Shown here: piece by piece, positions 1 through 9,233 of the stretch
Layout of the letters: each line of letters opens with the position of its first letter
How positions within the stretch are numbered: position 1 is the stretch's first letter
Origin: Candidatus Latescibacterota bacterium
GTDB taxonomy: Bacteria > Latescibacterota > UBA2968 > UBA8231
Direction: 5' to 3'
Length of the DNA stretch: 64,000 nucleotides
NCBI GenBank assembly: GCA_965204725.1
Contig: OZ242005.1
Span: 2,784,001-2,848,000, forward strand
The notes under the pieces: model-generated
Databases searched by the model: none
What the model was told of the DNA's origin: nothing
The model's input: only the letters and a program-made list of their open reading frames with translations
Position numbers and translations under genes: made by a program

Positions 1-490
1 CCACGGTTGGCTGGCGGCGCGGCCGGCCGCGCTGGGCAGCGTAGATTACAACGCGCGCAACGCAGTGGTCGAGCCGGAGGGAACGCGCGTTTACTTCCTC
101 GAATTTGCCAAAATCGGTTGGGACTGGACGGAACGGCGCTTGACGCAGTATACTACTAGTATGGGCAGCGGCCGGCCGGATGGGCGCGTCCGCTCGCTGC
201 TAGACGCGCCGGCCGCGCGGTTGTACGCCGAGGTATCCGGGCGCAGCGACGGGGCGCGGGCGCTCGATTGTCACCGAATTTTTTTTCTCCTCAACAGCGC
301 GGCCCTGTTGTGCGCGGCCCTCGACGGCGAGCCGGCCGCGCTGGCCCTGCGCCAACACTGGAAAAGGCCCCTTGCGCGGCTGCGGCAATGCGCGACCATG
401 CTGGCCGAGGGCCTGAGCACAGACCCAAGCGCGGCCGAGTTCAGAAGCCGGTTGCAGTTTTGTTTGTCACCACGCGGAGGTACTCTATGA
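1..490 (+). CDS. Partial aminoglycoside-phosphotransferase/kinase-like protein (5' end outside window)
   Basis: Frame is open from position 2. It reads GSVDYNARN...FLEFAKIGWDW, resembling the APH-family HxDxxxxN and DFE motifs. The stop overlaps the next ATG (ATGA). Confidence 0.5.
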   Translation, partial: HGWLAARPAALGSVDYNARNAVVEPEGTRVYFLEFAKIGWDWTERRLTQYTTSMGSGRPDGRVRSLLDAPAARLYAEVSGRSDGARALDCHRIFFLLNSAALLCAALDGEPAALALRQHWKRPLARLRQCATMLAEGLSTDPSAAEFRSRLQFCLSPRGGTL

Positions 491-753
491 GCGAGTGGAA
501 CACTCTCGATTTTAAGCCCCGGGCCCGGGGCATAATCATCGGCGATATTCCTTGGCTAGCGCGCATCGCCGACAAGGCGCGGGCGCACCAGCAGCAACGC
601 ATCGGCGACTATGTATTTCCCTGACCGGCCGACAAGCGCTTCCTGGAGGAAGTGGAGCTGACAGCCGCAGCATTCGAGGAGATGGTGGCCGCGTCCGACG
701 ACGACGATGCCCTGATCGAAAAAATGAAAGCGCACTTGGCCGGAAAGCACTAG
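487..753 (+). CDS. DUF5069-like small protein, probable selenoprotein (UGA46 = Sec), 88 aa
   Basis: GGAGG RBS precedes ATG 487. MSEW...WLARIADKARAH...GDYVFP-TGA(622-624)-PADKRFLEEV...KH-TAG 753. The TGA sits at the Cys of the DUF5069-type YxxxCPxD motif and a hairpin follows. Confidence 0.8.
637..654 (+). promoter_or_regulatory. Candidate bacterial SECIS hairpin
   Basis: CGCTTCC-TGGA-GGAAGTG forms a 7-bp stem with a G-containing loop that starts 20 nt after the in-frame UGA. Confidence 0.65.
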
Positions 754-754
754 C

Positions 755-1642
755 ATGAGCACCCCAGCGCAACCAGCACGCACGCCCAAGCGGAGAGTCC
801 GGGAGATGGAGGTGGTCGTAGTCCAAGCGCGCCGTGACACCCCAGACACCACCACGCTCTTTATGTCCGCTGGCGACGAGCCGACCCCCTATCAGGCCGG
901 CCACTTCTGCACCATTGATCCGCATCAGTTCGGCGAGTTGGAGCACTTCACCGCCTATTTAGAAGATCAAAAGGGGCAGCGGGAAAAGCCGCGGGCCTAT
1001 TCCATGGCTTCTGCACCGCACGAGCAGCATCTGGCCATCACGATCAAAGAGGAGCGCTACGAGCGCGGTCAGACGCCGTACCCACCGCTGCTGTCGCCGC
1101 TTTTGACGTACTACATCCAAGCGGGCCGGCGGCTGGTCATCAGCGGTTTTACCGGGGCGTACACCTTTCCCACGGATGTCTGCGAGCGCGCCGAGCACAT
1201 TGTCCACGTGTGTGCTGGCAGCGGCATTGTGCCCAACCGGAGCTTGATCAAGGAGAGCCTGCACCGCGGCGACCCGCTCCGGCACACCTTGCTGTTTAGC
1301 AACAAGACGCGCCGCGACATCATTTACTACGAAGAGCTCGAAGCACTGCGGGCGCAGTATCCCAGCCAGCTCGACGTGATCCACTGCATCACCCGCGAAG
1401 ATCCCGTCGGCATTCGCGGTGCCCGCAACGAGCGCATCTCCGGGGAACTCTTGCGCGAAGTCGCGCCCGATCCGTCTAAGGTGATGGCCTATAGCTGCGG
1501 CCCGGGCATCACGCCCTACGAACGCCGGGCGGCCCGGGCCAAGGGCGAGGAGCCGGAGCCGCGCTTCGTCGAAAACATGGTCGCACTCTTGCGCGCCCAC
1601 GGGTTGGACAAAGGTCAGATCCGGCAGGAAAGCTGGGGCTGA
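755..1642 (+). CDS. FAD/NAD(P)-binding ferredoxin-reductase (FNR)-like oxidoreductase
   Basis: RAYS flavin motif, AGSGIVP, CGP and C-terminal ESW. Confidence 0.85.
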   Translation: MSTPAQPARTPKRRVREMEVVVVQARRDTPDTTTLFMSAGDEPTPYQAGHFCTIDPHQFGELEHFTAYLEDQKGQREKPRAYSMASAPHEQHLAITIKEERYERGQTPYPPLLSPLLTYYIQAGRRLVISGFTGAYTFPTDVCERAEHIVHVCAGSGIVPNRSLIKESLHRGDPLRHTLLFSNKTRRDIIYYEELEALRAQYPSQLDVIHCITREDPVGIRGARNERISGELLREVAPDPSKVMAYSCGPGITPYERRAARAKGEEPEPRFVENMVALLRAHGLDKGQIRQESWG

Positions 1643-2599
1643 ATGAAGTTGATCGTGCAGATTCCCTGCTTTGACGAAGAGCAGACCCTGCCCGCTGTAA
1701 TTCGCGACATCCCGCGCCAAGTGCCCGGCATCGACCAAGTCGAAATTTTGGTCATCGACGACGGCTCCAGCGACCTCACCAGCGAGGTGGCGCGCGAGTG
1801 CGGTGCCGATCACGTAATTCGCTTCCCGCGCAACCGGGGGCTAGGGCAAGCCTTTAAGGCCGGTTTTGACGCTTGTCTGCGGCTGGGCGCCGACATCATC
1901 GTCAACACCGACGGCGACAACCAGTACTTCGGCGGCGACATTGGCAAATTGGTCGCGCCGATCCTCAGTGGCCGGGCCGACATGGTCATCGGCGACCGGC
2001 AGACGCAGGCTAAAGCCGACTTCTCCGCCCTCAAGCGCTACCTACAGGTCTTGGGCAGCCGGGTGATTAGCCGCCTCGCCGGCGTACAGGTGCCAGACGT
2101 GGCCAGCGGCTTTCGCGCCTTTAGCCGCGAGTGTGCGCTCCAGCTTTCGACCTTTGCCAATTTCGACCACACGGCCGAGCACGTGATCGAGGCCGGATAC
2201 AAAAATTTGGCCGTTGCTTCGGTCGCGGTCCGCACCAATCCCAAGACGCGCGAGTCGCGCCTCTTTTCCAACATCGGCAAGTTCGTCTTCAAGTCCGGGG
2301 AAATCAGTTTGCGGACCTACGCGCGCTATACCGCGCTCAAGATATTTGTTACATGCGGCGTTTTGACCTTTGTCGCCGGCTTTTGCCTCGGGGTGCGCTT
2401 TCTCTACTTCTTCTTTTTTACCGACGAAGGGGGGCTGCACGTGCAGTCGCTGATTTTGGCGGCGATCCTGCTGTTGGCCGGGTTTCAGATGTTTCTCACC
2501 GGGGTCATCGCCGATTTGATCGCGACCAATAGGTCCTTGCTCGAAGACGCGCTACAGCGGATCAAGAAGTTGGAATTGCGCGGTACGAGCCAAAAGTAA
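1643..2599 (+). CDS. Glycosyltransferase family 2 (DPM1/GtrB-like) with C-terminal TM helices
   Basis: IPCFDEE, DDGSSD, NRGLG, TDGDNQY, DVASGFR and two hydrophobic segments. Confidence 0.9.
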   Translation: MKLIVQIPCFDEEQTLPAVIRDIPRQVPGIDQVEILVIDDGSSDLTSEVARECGADHVIRFPRNRGLGQAFKAGFDACLRLGADIIVNTDGDNQYFGGDIGKLVAPILSGRADMVIGDRQTQAKADFSALKRYLQVLGSRVISRLAGVQVPDVASGFRAFSRECALQLSTFANFDHTAEHVIEAGYKNLAVASVAVRTNPKTRESRLFSNIGKFVFKSGEISLRTYARYTALKIFVTCGVLTFVAGFCLGVRFLYFFFFTDEGGLHVQSLILAAILLLAGFQMFLTGVIADLIATNRSLLEDALQRIKKLELRGTSQK

Positions 2600-2605
2600 T
2601 TTTCC

Positions 2606-3589
2606 ATGCAGAGACCTGCGATTTACATAGACGGCCAAGAGGGGACGACCGGGCTGCGGATTCGCCAGATGCTCGCCGGGCGCGAGGATGTGGAGGTGTT
2701 GCTCATTCCACCGGAGCATCGCCGGGATCGGCGGGCGCGGGCCGAGTTTCTCAACCGTGCGGATTTGAGCGTGCTCTGCCTGCCCGACGACGCGGCCGCC
2801 GAGGCCCTCGCCTTGCTCGAAAACCCGCAGACCAAGGTCATCGACACGAGCACGGCGCGCCGGGTCCGTCTCGGGTGGGTTTACGGTCAGCCCGAGATTT
2901 CATCCGAGTGGGTTTACGGTCTGCCCGAGATTTCACCCGCGCACAAGGAACAAATTCGCCGGGCGCGGCGAGTCGCCAACTGCGGTTGTTATCCCGTCGG
3001 CTTCATCCTCGCCGTGCGGCCCCTCATCTTGGAAGAGCCGCTTTTGTTGCCAACCGCGCCGCTGACCATCAACGCAGTGTCCGGCTATTCCGGCGGCGGC
3101 CGCAAAATGATCGCCGAATACGAGGGAGCCGACGCCCCCAAGCCCTTCTGTCTGTACGGCCTCAATGGCGACCACAAGCACTTGCCCGAGATGTGGAAAT
3201 TCAGCGGGTGCGAAAAACGACCGCTCTTTGTGCCGTCCGTAGATCATTCGTTCTGCGGCATGGTCGTCAGTACGCCGGTGCCCGCGGAATTTCTCGGCCC
3301 TCCTCGCGTCACGCGCGAAGCCGTGTACGAGGTCTGGCGCGAGCGCTACAAAGACTGTCCCTTTGTGAAGGTGGTCGAGCCTCAAGCCGCTGTGCTGCGC
3401 GACGACAAGTTCCTCGACCTAACCGGGTTGAGCCATACGAATTTCGTCGAGCTATCGGTCTGGGGCGACCCGGACCAAGGGTTGGTTTTGGTCGGGCGGC
3501 TCGACAACCTCGGCAAAGGGGCGGCGGGCAATGCCGTGCAGTGCCTCAACTTGATGCTCGGTCGCGATGAAACCGCAGGGCTGCGCTAG
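2606..3589 (+). CDS. argC: N-acetyl-gamma-glutamyl-phosphate reductase (type 2 ArgC)
   Basis: IDGQEGTTG, ANCGCYP, SGYSGGG, DNLGKGAAGNAVQ. Confidence 0.92.
   Translation: MQRPAIYIDGQEGTTGLRIRQMLAGREDVEVLLIPPEHRRDRRARAEFLNRADLSVLCLPDDAAAEALALLENPQTKVIDTSTARRVRLGWVYGQPEISSEWVYGLPEISPAHKEQIRRARRVANCGCYPVGFILAVRPLILEEPLLLPTAPLTINAVSGYSGGGRKMIAEYEGADAPKPFCLYGLNGDHKHLPEMWKFSGCEKRPLFVPSVDHSFCGMVVSTPVPAEFLGPPRVTREAVYEVWRERYKDCPFVKVVEPQAAVLRDDKFLDLTGLSHTNFVELSVWGDPDQGLVLVGRLDNLGKGAAGNAVQCLNLMLGRDETAGLR
2875..2940 (+). repeat. 33-bp in-frame tandem duplication inside argC
   Basis: GTGGGTTTACGGTCAGCCCGAGATTTCATCCGA followed by GTGGGTTTACGGTCTGCCCGAGATTTCACCCGC. Confidence 0.9.
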
Positions 3590-4339
3590 ATGCTCGTTGA
3601 TAGCCACTGCCATCTCGACCAATTTGCCGATGCCGACGCCGTCCTCGCCGACGCCGCCCAAGCCGGGGTCGCGCAGGTCGTCGCCGTCAGCCAAAGCGTC
3701 AGTTCCATGCGTGCGGTGCGCGCCCTCAAGCAGCGATACCCCCGCCAAGTGCTGGCCGGGCTAGGCTTGCATCCAGCATGGGTCACCCAAGCCACAGCCG
3801 CAGAGCTGGCAGACGGGCTTGCCTATCTGGCCGCGCATCTGGCCGATGCCGATGTCCTCGGGGAGGTCGGCCTCGATTACAAGTGGGCGGTCCATCCAGA
3901 GCAGCAGGCCCAGCAGCAAGACGTCCTCGCGCAGCAGCTCGATCTAGCCGCTCAATGCGGCAAGCCGATCAACCTGCACTCGCGCCGCGCCCAGCGGCAG
4001 ACCTTGGAACGGGCCGTGGAATTTCGCCGCCGCACCCAGCTCAACGCCCAGCTACACTGGTTCACCCAATCCAAAAAACTCGGGCGGATATGCCGTGCGG
4101 AGCGCATTTACGTCTCCGTCGGCCCGTCCGTCCTGTCCGACCCGCAGACCCAAGCCGTGATCGCGGAGCTCGACCGCGAGTTGCTGCTGTTGGAAACGGA
4201 CGCGCCCGTGCCCATCGGCGGGGAAGCGGGCCATCCGGCGCGGGTGGCCGCCGTTGCTACAAAACTAGCCGAACTCATCGGGTTCACCGCGGAGGAGGCC
4301 GCGGCCAATTGGGCACGTTATTTGGGCGAGCGGCCGTGA
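3590..4339 (+). CDS. tatD: TatD-family metal-dependent DNase
   Basis: DSHCHLD, GLHP, GEVGLDY, LHSR, LETDAP. Confidence 0.9.
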   Translation: MLVDSHCHLDQFADADAVLADAAQAGVAQVVAVSQSVSSMRAVRALKQRYPRQVLAGLGLHPAWVTQATAAELADGLAYLAAHLADADVLGEVGLDYKWAVHPEQQAQQQDVLAQQLDLAAQCGKPINLHSRRAQRQTLERAVEFRRRTQLNAQLHWFTQSKKLGRICRAERIYVSVGPSVLSDPQTQAVIAELDRELLLLETDAPVPIGGEAGHPARVAAVATKLAELIGFTAEEAAANWARYLGERP

Positions 4340-4404
4340 AAACGCGGCGGCTCTATCGACATTATGAGACATACTACAAGCGCAATTAAGTAACAGGAGG
4401 AACT

Positions 4405-6147
4405 ATGCCAACGAGCATTTTTGCCCTTGCTTGCGCCCTCGTCTTTTGCGGGCTATCCGGGACAGCAAGCGCCCAACAGGGCCTAGAAAGTTTGGAAAAT
4501 CTGATCGATCTGGGCGGAGGAGACGCCAGATTACAGGCCTTTTCCGCAGCCGACTTACCCGACCTAAATCAGGATTTGACTTCCGGTAAGGCTCGCCTGC
4601 CCGGCAGTTTGAACGTAGATAAGACGCGCATCAGCCAAGATCGCGACATAGACCCCGACGCGTACATCGTCGGCCCCAACGACGTATTGCAGCTCTACAT
4701 CTGGGGCGAATTCGACCAACCCTACACGCTACAGATCGATCCAGAGGGAAAGGTCCTCATCCCCACCGTCGGTTCGTTTCACATTTCGGGCCTGTCGCTG
4801 ACCGCGGCCAAAGAACGCCTCTCAGCCGCAGTCCAAAACAAGTATCCCAACGTGGAAATCAGCATCTCGCTCGTGAGCATGCGCTTCTTCACCGCGTACG
4901 TCACCGGCGCGGTGGTGAACGAGGGCAGTTTCACCATTCATCCGACCACGCGGGTTGCGAATATAATCAAGCAGGCCGGCGGCTTTAGGGACCGGTTGCA
5001 GGGCCAAGGCGTCGAAGAGCAAATCCTGCGCCCCAACCGCGACACGGGCCGGCGCTCCATCAAGGTGTTCCACCGCGACGGCACGGTCGAGCGCGTGGAC
5101 CTCGACATGTTCCTCGCCACCGGCGACCTCGCGCACAATCCCTACGTACGCATGGGCGACGTGGTCCACGTCGCGTTCCGCGACCATTCGGTGTACATCT
5201 TCGGCGCGGTCAACCAAGAGGGCGAATACGAGTTTCTACCCGGGGATACCCTCGGCGACTTAGTGACATTGGCCAAGGGGTTGCGCCACTCCAAGCCGCT
5301 GATCAGTGCTGAGCTCTGGCGCTTTCAGGAGGGGACCGATCAGGCCGAATTCATCGAGTTGAGCGGCGACAAAGAGACGCTGGCGGAGCTGGACTACGAA
5401 AAAATCCGCCACCTTGAGCTGCGCCCCAACGACGCGGTCTTCATCCGAGCGCAGTCCCTGTGGCAGTCCACGCACACGGTCGCGATCTCGGGCGAGGTGC
5501 GGTTCCAAGGCCGCTACCGCATCGAACCCGGTGTCACCCGCATCAAGGACGTGGTGGCAGCGGCCGGCGGCCTAACCGACGAGGCGTCGCTCATTGGCGC
5601 CCGAGTGATTCGCACTCGGGTCCGGGCTGAGAGCGACCCGCAGCTAGAGCAACTAAAAAGACAGAGCGAGGTGGCGGGCCTCACGTACATGAACATCGAG
5701 GATCGGGCTTATCTCAAAACCAAAACCCGCGAGGAAAAGGGGCGGGTCGCGGTCGATTTCGAGCGGTTGTTTATCGAGGGCGACGAGGGGCAAAACATCC
5801 TACTCGCCAGCGGCGACGTGATCTTTTTTCCCATGCAGCGGCACACCGTCAGCGTTAGTGGCCAAGTGGAGCGAGCCGGGCTGATCGACTACGAGATGGG
5901 CCGCGACGTGCGCTACTACATAACCAAGGCCGGCGGGTACTTGTACGACGCCGACAAACGCAATGCCCGCCTAGTCCGGGCGCGCACGGGCGTCCGCGAG
6001 AAACTCAAAGGCAACTTGATCGTTGAAGTGGGCGATGAAATATGGGTGCCCCAGAAGGAACGCATCAACTATTGGGCACTCACCCAAGAGACCATTCGCA
6101 CCGCCGCCAGCATCCTAGCCCTCGTCCTCGCAGTGCGGTCTCTTTAG
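4405..6147 (+). CDS. Polysaccharide export protein (Wza/KpsD-like, SLBB repeats)
   Basis: Signal peptide, YIVGPNDVL Poly_export motif, repeated VxGxV..G.Y SLBB units. Confidence 0.85.
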   Translation: MPTSIFALACALVFCGLSGTASAQQGLESLENLIDLGGGDARLQAFSAADLPDLNQDLTSGKARLPGSLNVDKTRISQDRDIDPDAYIVGPNDVLQLYIWGEFDQPYTLQIDPEGKVLIPTVGSFHISGLSLTAAKERLSAAVQNKYPNVEISISLVSMRFFTAYVTGAVVNEGSFTIHPTTRVANIIKQAGGFRDRLQGQGVEEQILRPNRDTGRRSIKVFHRDGTVERVDLDMFLATGDLAHNPYVRMGDVVHVAFRDHSVYIFGAVNQEGEYEFLPGDTLGDLVTLAKGLRHSKPLISAELWRFQEGTDQAEFIELSGDKETLAELDYEKIRHLELRPNDAVFIRAQSLWQSTHTVAISGEVRFQGRYRIEPGVTRIKDVVAAAGGLTDEASLIGARVIRTRVRAESDPQLEQLKRQSEVAGLTYMNIEDRAYLKTKTREEKGRVAVDFERLFIEGDEGQNILLASGDVIFFPMQRHTVSVSGQVERAGLIDYEMGRDVRYYITKAGGYLYDADKRNARLVRARTGVREKLKGNLIVEVGDEIWVPQKERINYWALTQETIRTAASILALVLAVRSL

Positions 6148-6173
6148 CCAAAAATCCCAAGGAGCGCGACGGA

Positions 6174-7367
6174 ATGAATTCCCCCAAAAAAGAAATCGAC
6201 CTCATCGACTTGCTAACGGCACTCCACGCCGGCCGGTGGCCCATCATCGGCGGCACCTTGGCGGTATGCGTCTTGGCCGGTGGCCTCAGCTTCCTCCTAC
6301 CAAAGGAATACGAGGCCACCGTGCAAATTCTGCCGCCCCGAGAAGAGAAGCAGAGTTTTGGTTTTTCCAGCCTGCTCTCGTCCTTACCCATACCGACCTT
6401 GCGCCTCGGGGAACGGGGTACGCCTGCTGACATTTCGCTCGCGACCATCCGCAGCGAGACGACGCGGCGGCGGATGATCGAGAAATTCGACTTGATGCGG
6501 CACTACGAAGCGCGCACCCTGACCGACGCGCTCGAAACCCTCGCCGACAAAACCACGGCCGACATGACCGAAGAGGGCATGCTGGCGGTCTCAGTACTCG
6601 CCTCAGAGCCGCAGATGGCCGCGGATATGGCCAATTATTACATCGTCCTGCTCGATAGCACCAACAAGCGGTTCTCGCACAAGACCGCCTCGGAGCGCTT
6701 GAATTTCATCCGCGGGCTTTTGCAAGAAGAGGATCAAAAGCTAGAGGACAAAATGAAGCGACTGGAGGAGTTTCAGGCCGAGCACAACGCCATCTCGATC
6801 TCAGACCAAGCCCGCGCCGTGATCCTGACGGCCACCTCCATGCGGACCGCCGTGCTGGAGCTCGAAATTGAGCGCCAACGGCTCATTCAATCGGGGCTGG
6901 GTTTTGATCACGACAAAGTCAAAAAGCTGGAGCGCGAAATTCAACTGCGGAATGTGACCATGGATTTCTTGCGCGACGGCCTGCCGACCAACAACGGCGT
7001 ACTGCAAAACGAGGCGCTGCAACTAGATCTGGAGGAAGATTTTTTTCTGCCGCTCAAGCAGATCCCGGGCGTGGCCCAAGAGTACGCGACCCTCGAAAAG
7101 GATGTGCTCGTGCAGACGTCCCTTTTGCTGGTCCTGCTGCAACAGGAGGCCCAAGCCCTGATTGAGGCCAAGGACGCTACTTCAACCGTGCAAGTGCTCG
7201 ACCCGGCCACGCCGCCCGAAATCAAGGCAAAACCCCAGCGCGTGATGATCGTATTCATCGCGGGCCTACTCAGCCTTTTCGCCTCGATATCTTATGTGCT
7301 GGGGGCGGTGTACCTACAGGATCTGCGGCAGCGCTGGCGTACGCGGCGCGCGGCGATGGCGGTCTGA
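6174..7367 (+). CDS. Polysaccharide chain-length determinant (Wzz/GumC-like)
   Basis: EIDLIDL start, N- and C-terminal TM helices, coiled coil, [14 protein letters not shown]. Confidence 0.85.
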   Translation: MNSPKKEIDLIDLLTALHAGRWPIIGGTLAVCVLAGGLSFLLPKEYEATVQILPPREEKQSFGFSSLLSSLPIPTLRLGERGTPADISLATIRSETTRRRMIEKFDLMRHYEARTLTDALETLADKTTADMTEEGMLAVSVLASEPQMAADMANYYIVLLDSTNKRFSHKTASERLNFIRGLLQEEDQKLEDKMKRLEEFQAEHNAISISDQARAVILTATSMRTAVLELEIERQRLIQSGLGFDHDKVKKLEREIQLRNVTMDFLRDGLPTNNGVLQNEALQLDLEEDFFLPLKQIPGVAQEYATLEKDVLVQTSLLLVLLQQEAQALIEAKDATSTVQVLDPATPPEIKAKPQRVMIVFIAGLLSLFASISYVLGAVYLQDLRQRWRTRRAAMAV

Positions 7368-7804
7368 TGGCTATTCAAGTGAAGGTGATCAACAAAGGGG
7401 GCCAACCGCTGCCCACCTATGAGACCGCCCACAGCGCGGGCCTCGATTTGCGCGCCGCGCTGTCAGAAGCAGTTGTCTTAGCCCCCGGCGAGCGCGGCCT
7501 CATTCCCACGGGCCTGTTCCTCGAAATCCCCCCGGGCTACGAGGCGCAGGTCCGGCCGCGCAGTGGCTTGGCCCTCAAGCGCGGTCTGACGCTGCTCAAC
7601 GCCCCGGGCACGATCGACGCCGACTACCGAGGCGAAGTGGGCGTCATCGCGATCAACCTTTCGGCCCAAGAGCAGCGCATCGTCCCGGGCGACCGCATTG
7701 CCCAGCTCATTTTCGCGCCGGTGACGCACGGCAAGTGGGTCGAAGTGGAGACGCTCGCCGAAACCGAGCGAGGACGCGGCGGCTTTGGCTCGACAGGAAT
7801 GTAG
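7367..7804 (+). CDS. dut: dUTP diphosphatase
   Basis: [33 protein letters not shown]. Confidence 0.97.
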   Translation: MAIQVKVINKGGQPLPTYETAHSAGLDLRAALSEAVVLAPGERGLIPTGLFLEIPPGYEAQVRPRSGLALKRGLTLLNAPGTIDADYRGEVGVIAINLSAQEQRIVPGDRIAQLIFAPVTHGKWVEVETLAETERGRGGFGSTGM

Positions 7805-7837
7805 CTTGGGAGTCTATCGCACCGCGTCGTCTAACGC

Positions 7838-8200
7838 TTAGTTATTGCGATTTTGTTTGGGTTTGGGAAACAGATAATTTACTATGATGGCGAGCAATCC
7901 AATGACTTTGACCGTCGTACCTGTGATTAAAGTAATAAGCACTCCATCCGGGAGGGCAAAACCACCAAAGTTAAATCCATGAAAAAAGAGAATTGTGGAT
8001 AGTATCACGAGCCATCCTATAACGAGGTAGTATATCAAATATCCGTATTTCTTGCGGTCTTTTATATTTTGCTCATCGCTTCGATTGATCAATTTTATAC
8101 GTTCAAGTTCAGCCTCGGCAATTTGTTGTTTGATGTTATCCTCGCCTGTGCTCTCTCCTGGAGGGATACGCCTTAATTTGTCTTTTTCCTCATCTTTCAT
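7838..8200 (-). CDS. Small two-TM membrane protein, putative toxin partner of Panacea antitoxin
   Basis: AT-rich. Start overlaps the upstream stop (ATGA). Charged N-terminus followed by two hydrophobic helices. Confidence 0.65.
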   Translation of the reverse strand: MKDEEKDKLRRIPPGESTGEDNIKQQIAEAELERIKLINRSDEQNIKDRKKYGYLIYYLVIGWLVILSTILFFHGFNFGGFALPDGVLITLITGTTVKVIGLLAIIVNYLFPKPKQNRNN

Positions 8201-8697
8201 TGAAGGCGTTCCTTATAGTATTTTTCTATAAGATCATTCTCTATATTGGCGTTTTTTATTGGCACCACTTTTTCGCGTACTTGACTCCAAGGGCTACCTT
8301 CTTCATGCGTCATAGCAGATAGCTCACCGGCACTAAAGCGGCCATACAGTTCCCATATCCGGTTGAGAAAAGCAATCGTGCGCTCATCATCAGGCTTAAT
8401 GTGGGGTATGTGGCTACGCCATTCTCCAAGAGAATAGTAGTAAATCCAATCTAATGCCGGTTTAAGGATCGGCCCTGAACCAAACTCCTTGAACTCATGA
8501 TAGATAGAGGGAAAGACCGGCCCATATTCCCATGCTTCAGCCAACTCATCTTGGACAAGGGGTTCCCCATAAAGGGCCAAATGCCAACCGTGAGCAATAT
8601 AGACCAACTTTTGAATTTTTAACGGCGAAATATCTTCTTTGGCCGAAAGTTCAAGGAAGTAGTTGGCGATTTCCTTTGCTGAGTATGAGTATTCCAT
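8197..8697 (-). CDS. Panacea/SocA-like antitoxin (DUF4065)
   Basis: IANYFL, LKIQKLVYIAHG, EAWEYGPV, LSAMTHEEGSPW. Confidence 0.9.
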   Translation of the reverse strand: MEYSYSAKEIANYFLELSAKEDISPLKIQKLVYIAHGWHLALYGEPLVQDELAEAWEYGPVFPSIYHEFKEFGSGPILKPALDWIYYYSLGEWRSHIPHIKPDDERTIAFLNRIWELYGRFSAGELSAMTHEEGSPWSQVREKVVPIKNANIENDLIEKYYKERLQ

Positions 8698-8782
8698 GTC
8701 CCTTTCTCCGATTCAAAGGATCATATACTGAACAAATGAATACCCTTTAACCGTGTCAATGCGTTTCGTATGTATTTTGATA

Positions 8783-8901
8783 TATAGCAATCCTACATCC
8801 TTCAAGACTGGATTCCCGCTTTCGCGGGAATGACTCCTTTTATGAAAAAAAGACCGTGCCGATCAACATTCCATGCTTTCAAGTCATTTAGGATTGCTAT
8901 A
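8783..8901. mobile_element. 119-bp MITE-like element, copy 1 (GTCATTCCCGCGAAAGCGGGAATCC core)
   Basis: Terminal inverted repeats TATAGCAATCCTA...TAGGATTGCTATA, internal palindrome 8810-8834, inverted near-identical copy at 35003-35121. Confidence 0.85.
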
Positions 8902-8902
8902 T

Positions 8903-8936
8903 AAAAGACCGGCACTCTTTCGGAGGCCGGCCTTTT
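8903..8936. terminator. Probable intrinsic terminator
   Basis: AAAAGACCGGC...GCCGGCCTTTT hairpin with A/T tracts downstream of the moaD-like gene. Confidence 0.6.
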
Positions 8937-8959
8937 GGTTGGAGTATGGATAACGCGGT

Positions 8960-9229
8960 TTAACGCGCGCCCCCGGCCAATGCCGGCAGAAAATGCACCT
9001 CGCTTTGCGGCCCCACCTTCGCCCTAAGCCCGGCCGCGACGACTTCGCCATCCACCGCGACCGCAATCTCAGTCTTGATGCGGTCGCCATCGAGAATCCG
9101 CTCCTTGAACTTAGGGTAGCGGGCGTCAAGGGCGACAATGACCTCGCGCACGGTCGCGCCCTCTACCTCTACTTGCTGCTGACCGTCGGTCAGCTTCTGC
9201 ATCAGCGAAGGAATCCAAACCACAGGCAT
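8960..9229 (-). CDS. MoaD/ThiS-family ubiquitin-like sulfur carrier
   Basis: 89 aa. VEGATVREVI, IAVAVDGE, VHFLPALAGG(AR). Lies directly after the molybdoenzyme genes. Confidence 0.85.
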   Translation of the reverse strand: MPVVWIPSLMQKLTDGQQQVEVEGATVREVIVALDARYPKFKERILDGDRIKTEIAVAVDGEVVAAGLRAKVGPQSEVHFLPALAGGAR

Positions 9230-9233
9230 GGCA

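Noticed and set aside
268-624. 118-aa ORF from the track
   Set aside because: The N-terminal part overlaps the upstream kinase-like gene. The real start is the RBS-preceded ATG 487, and TGA 624 is probably recoded.
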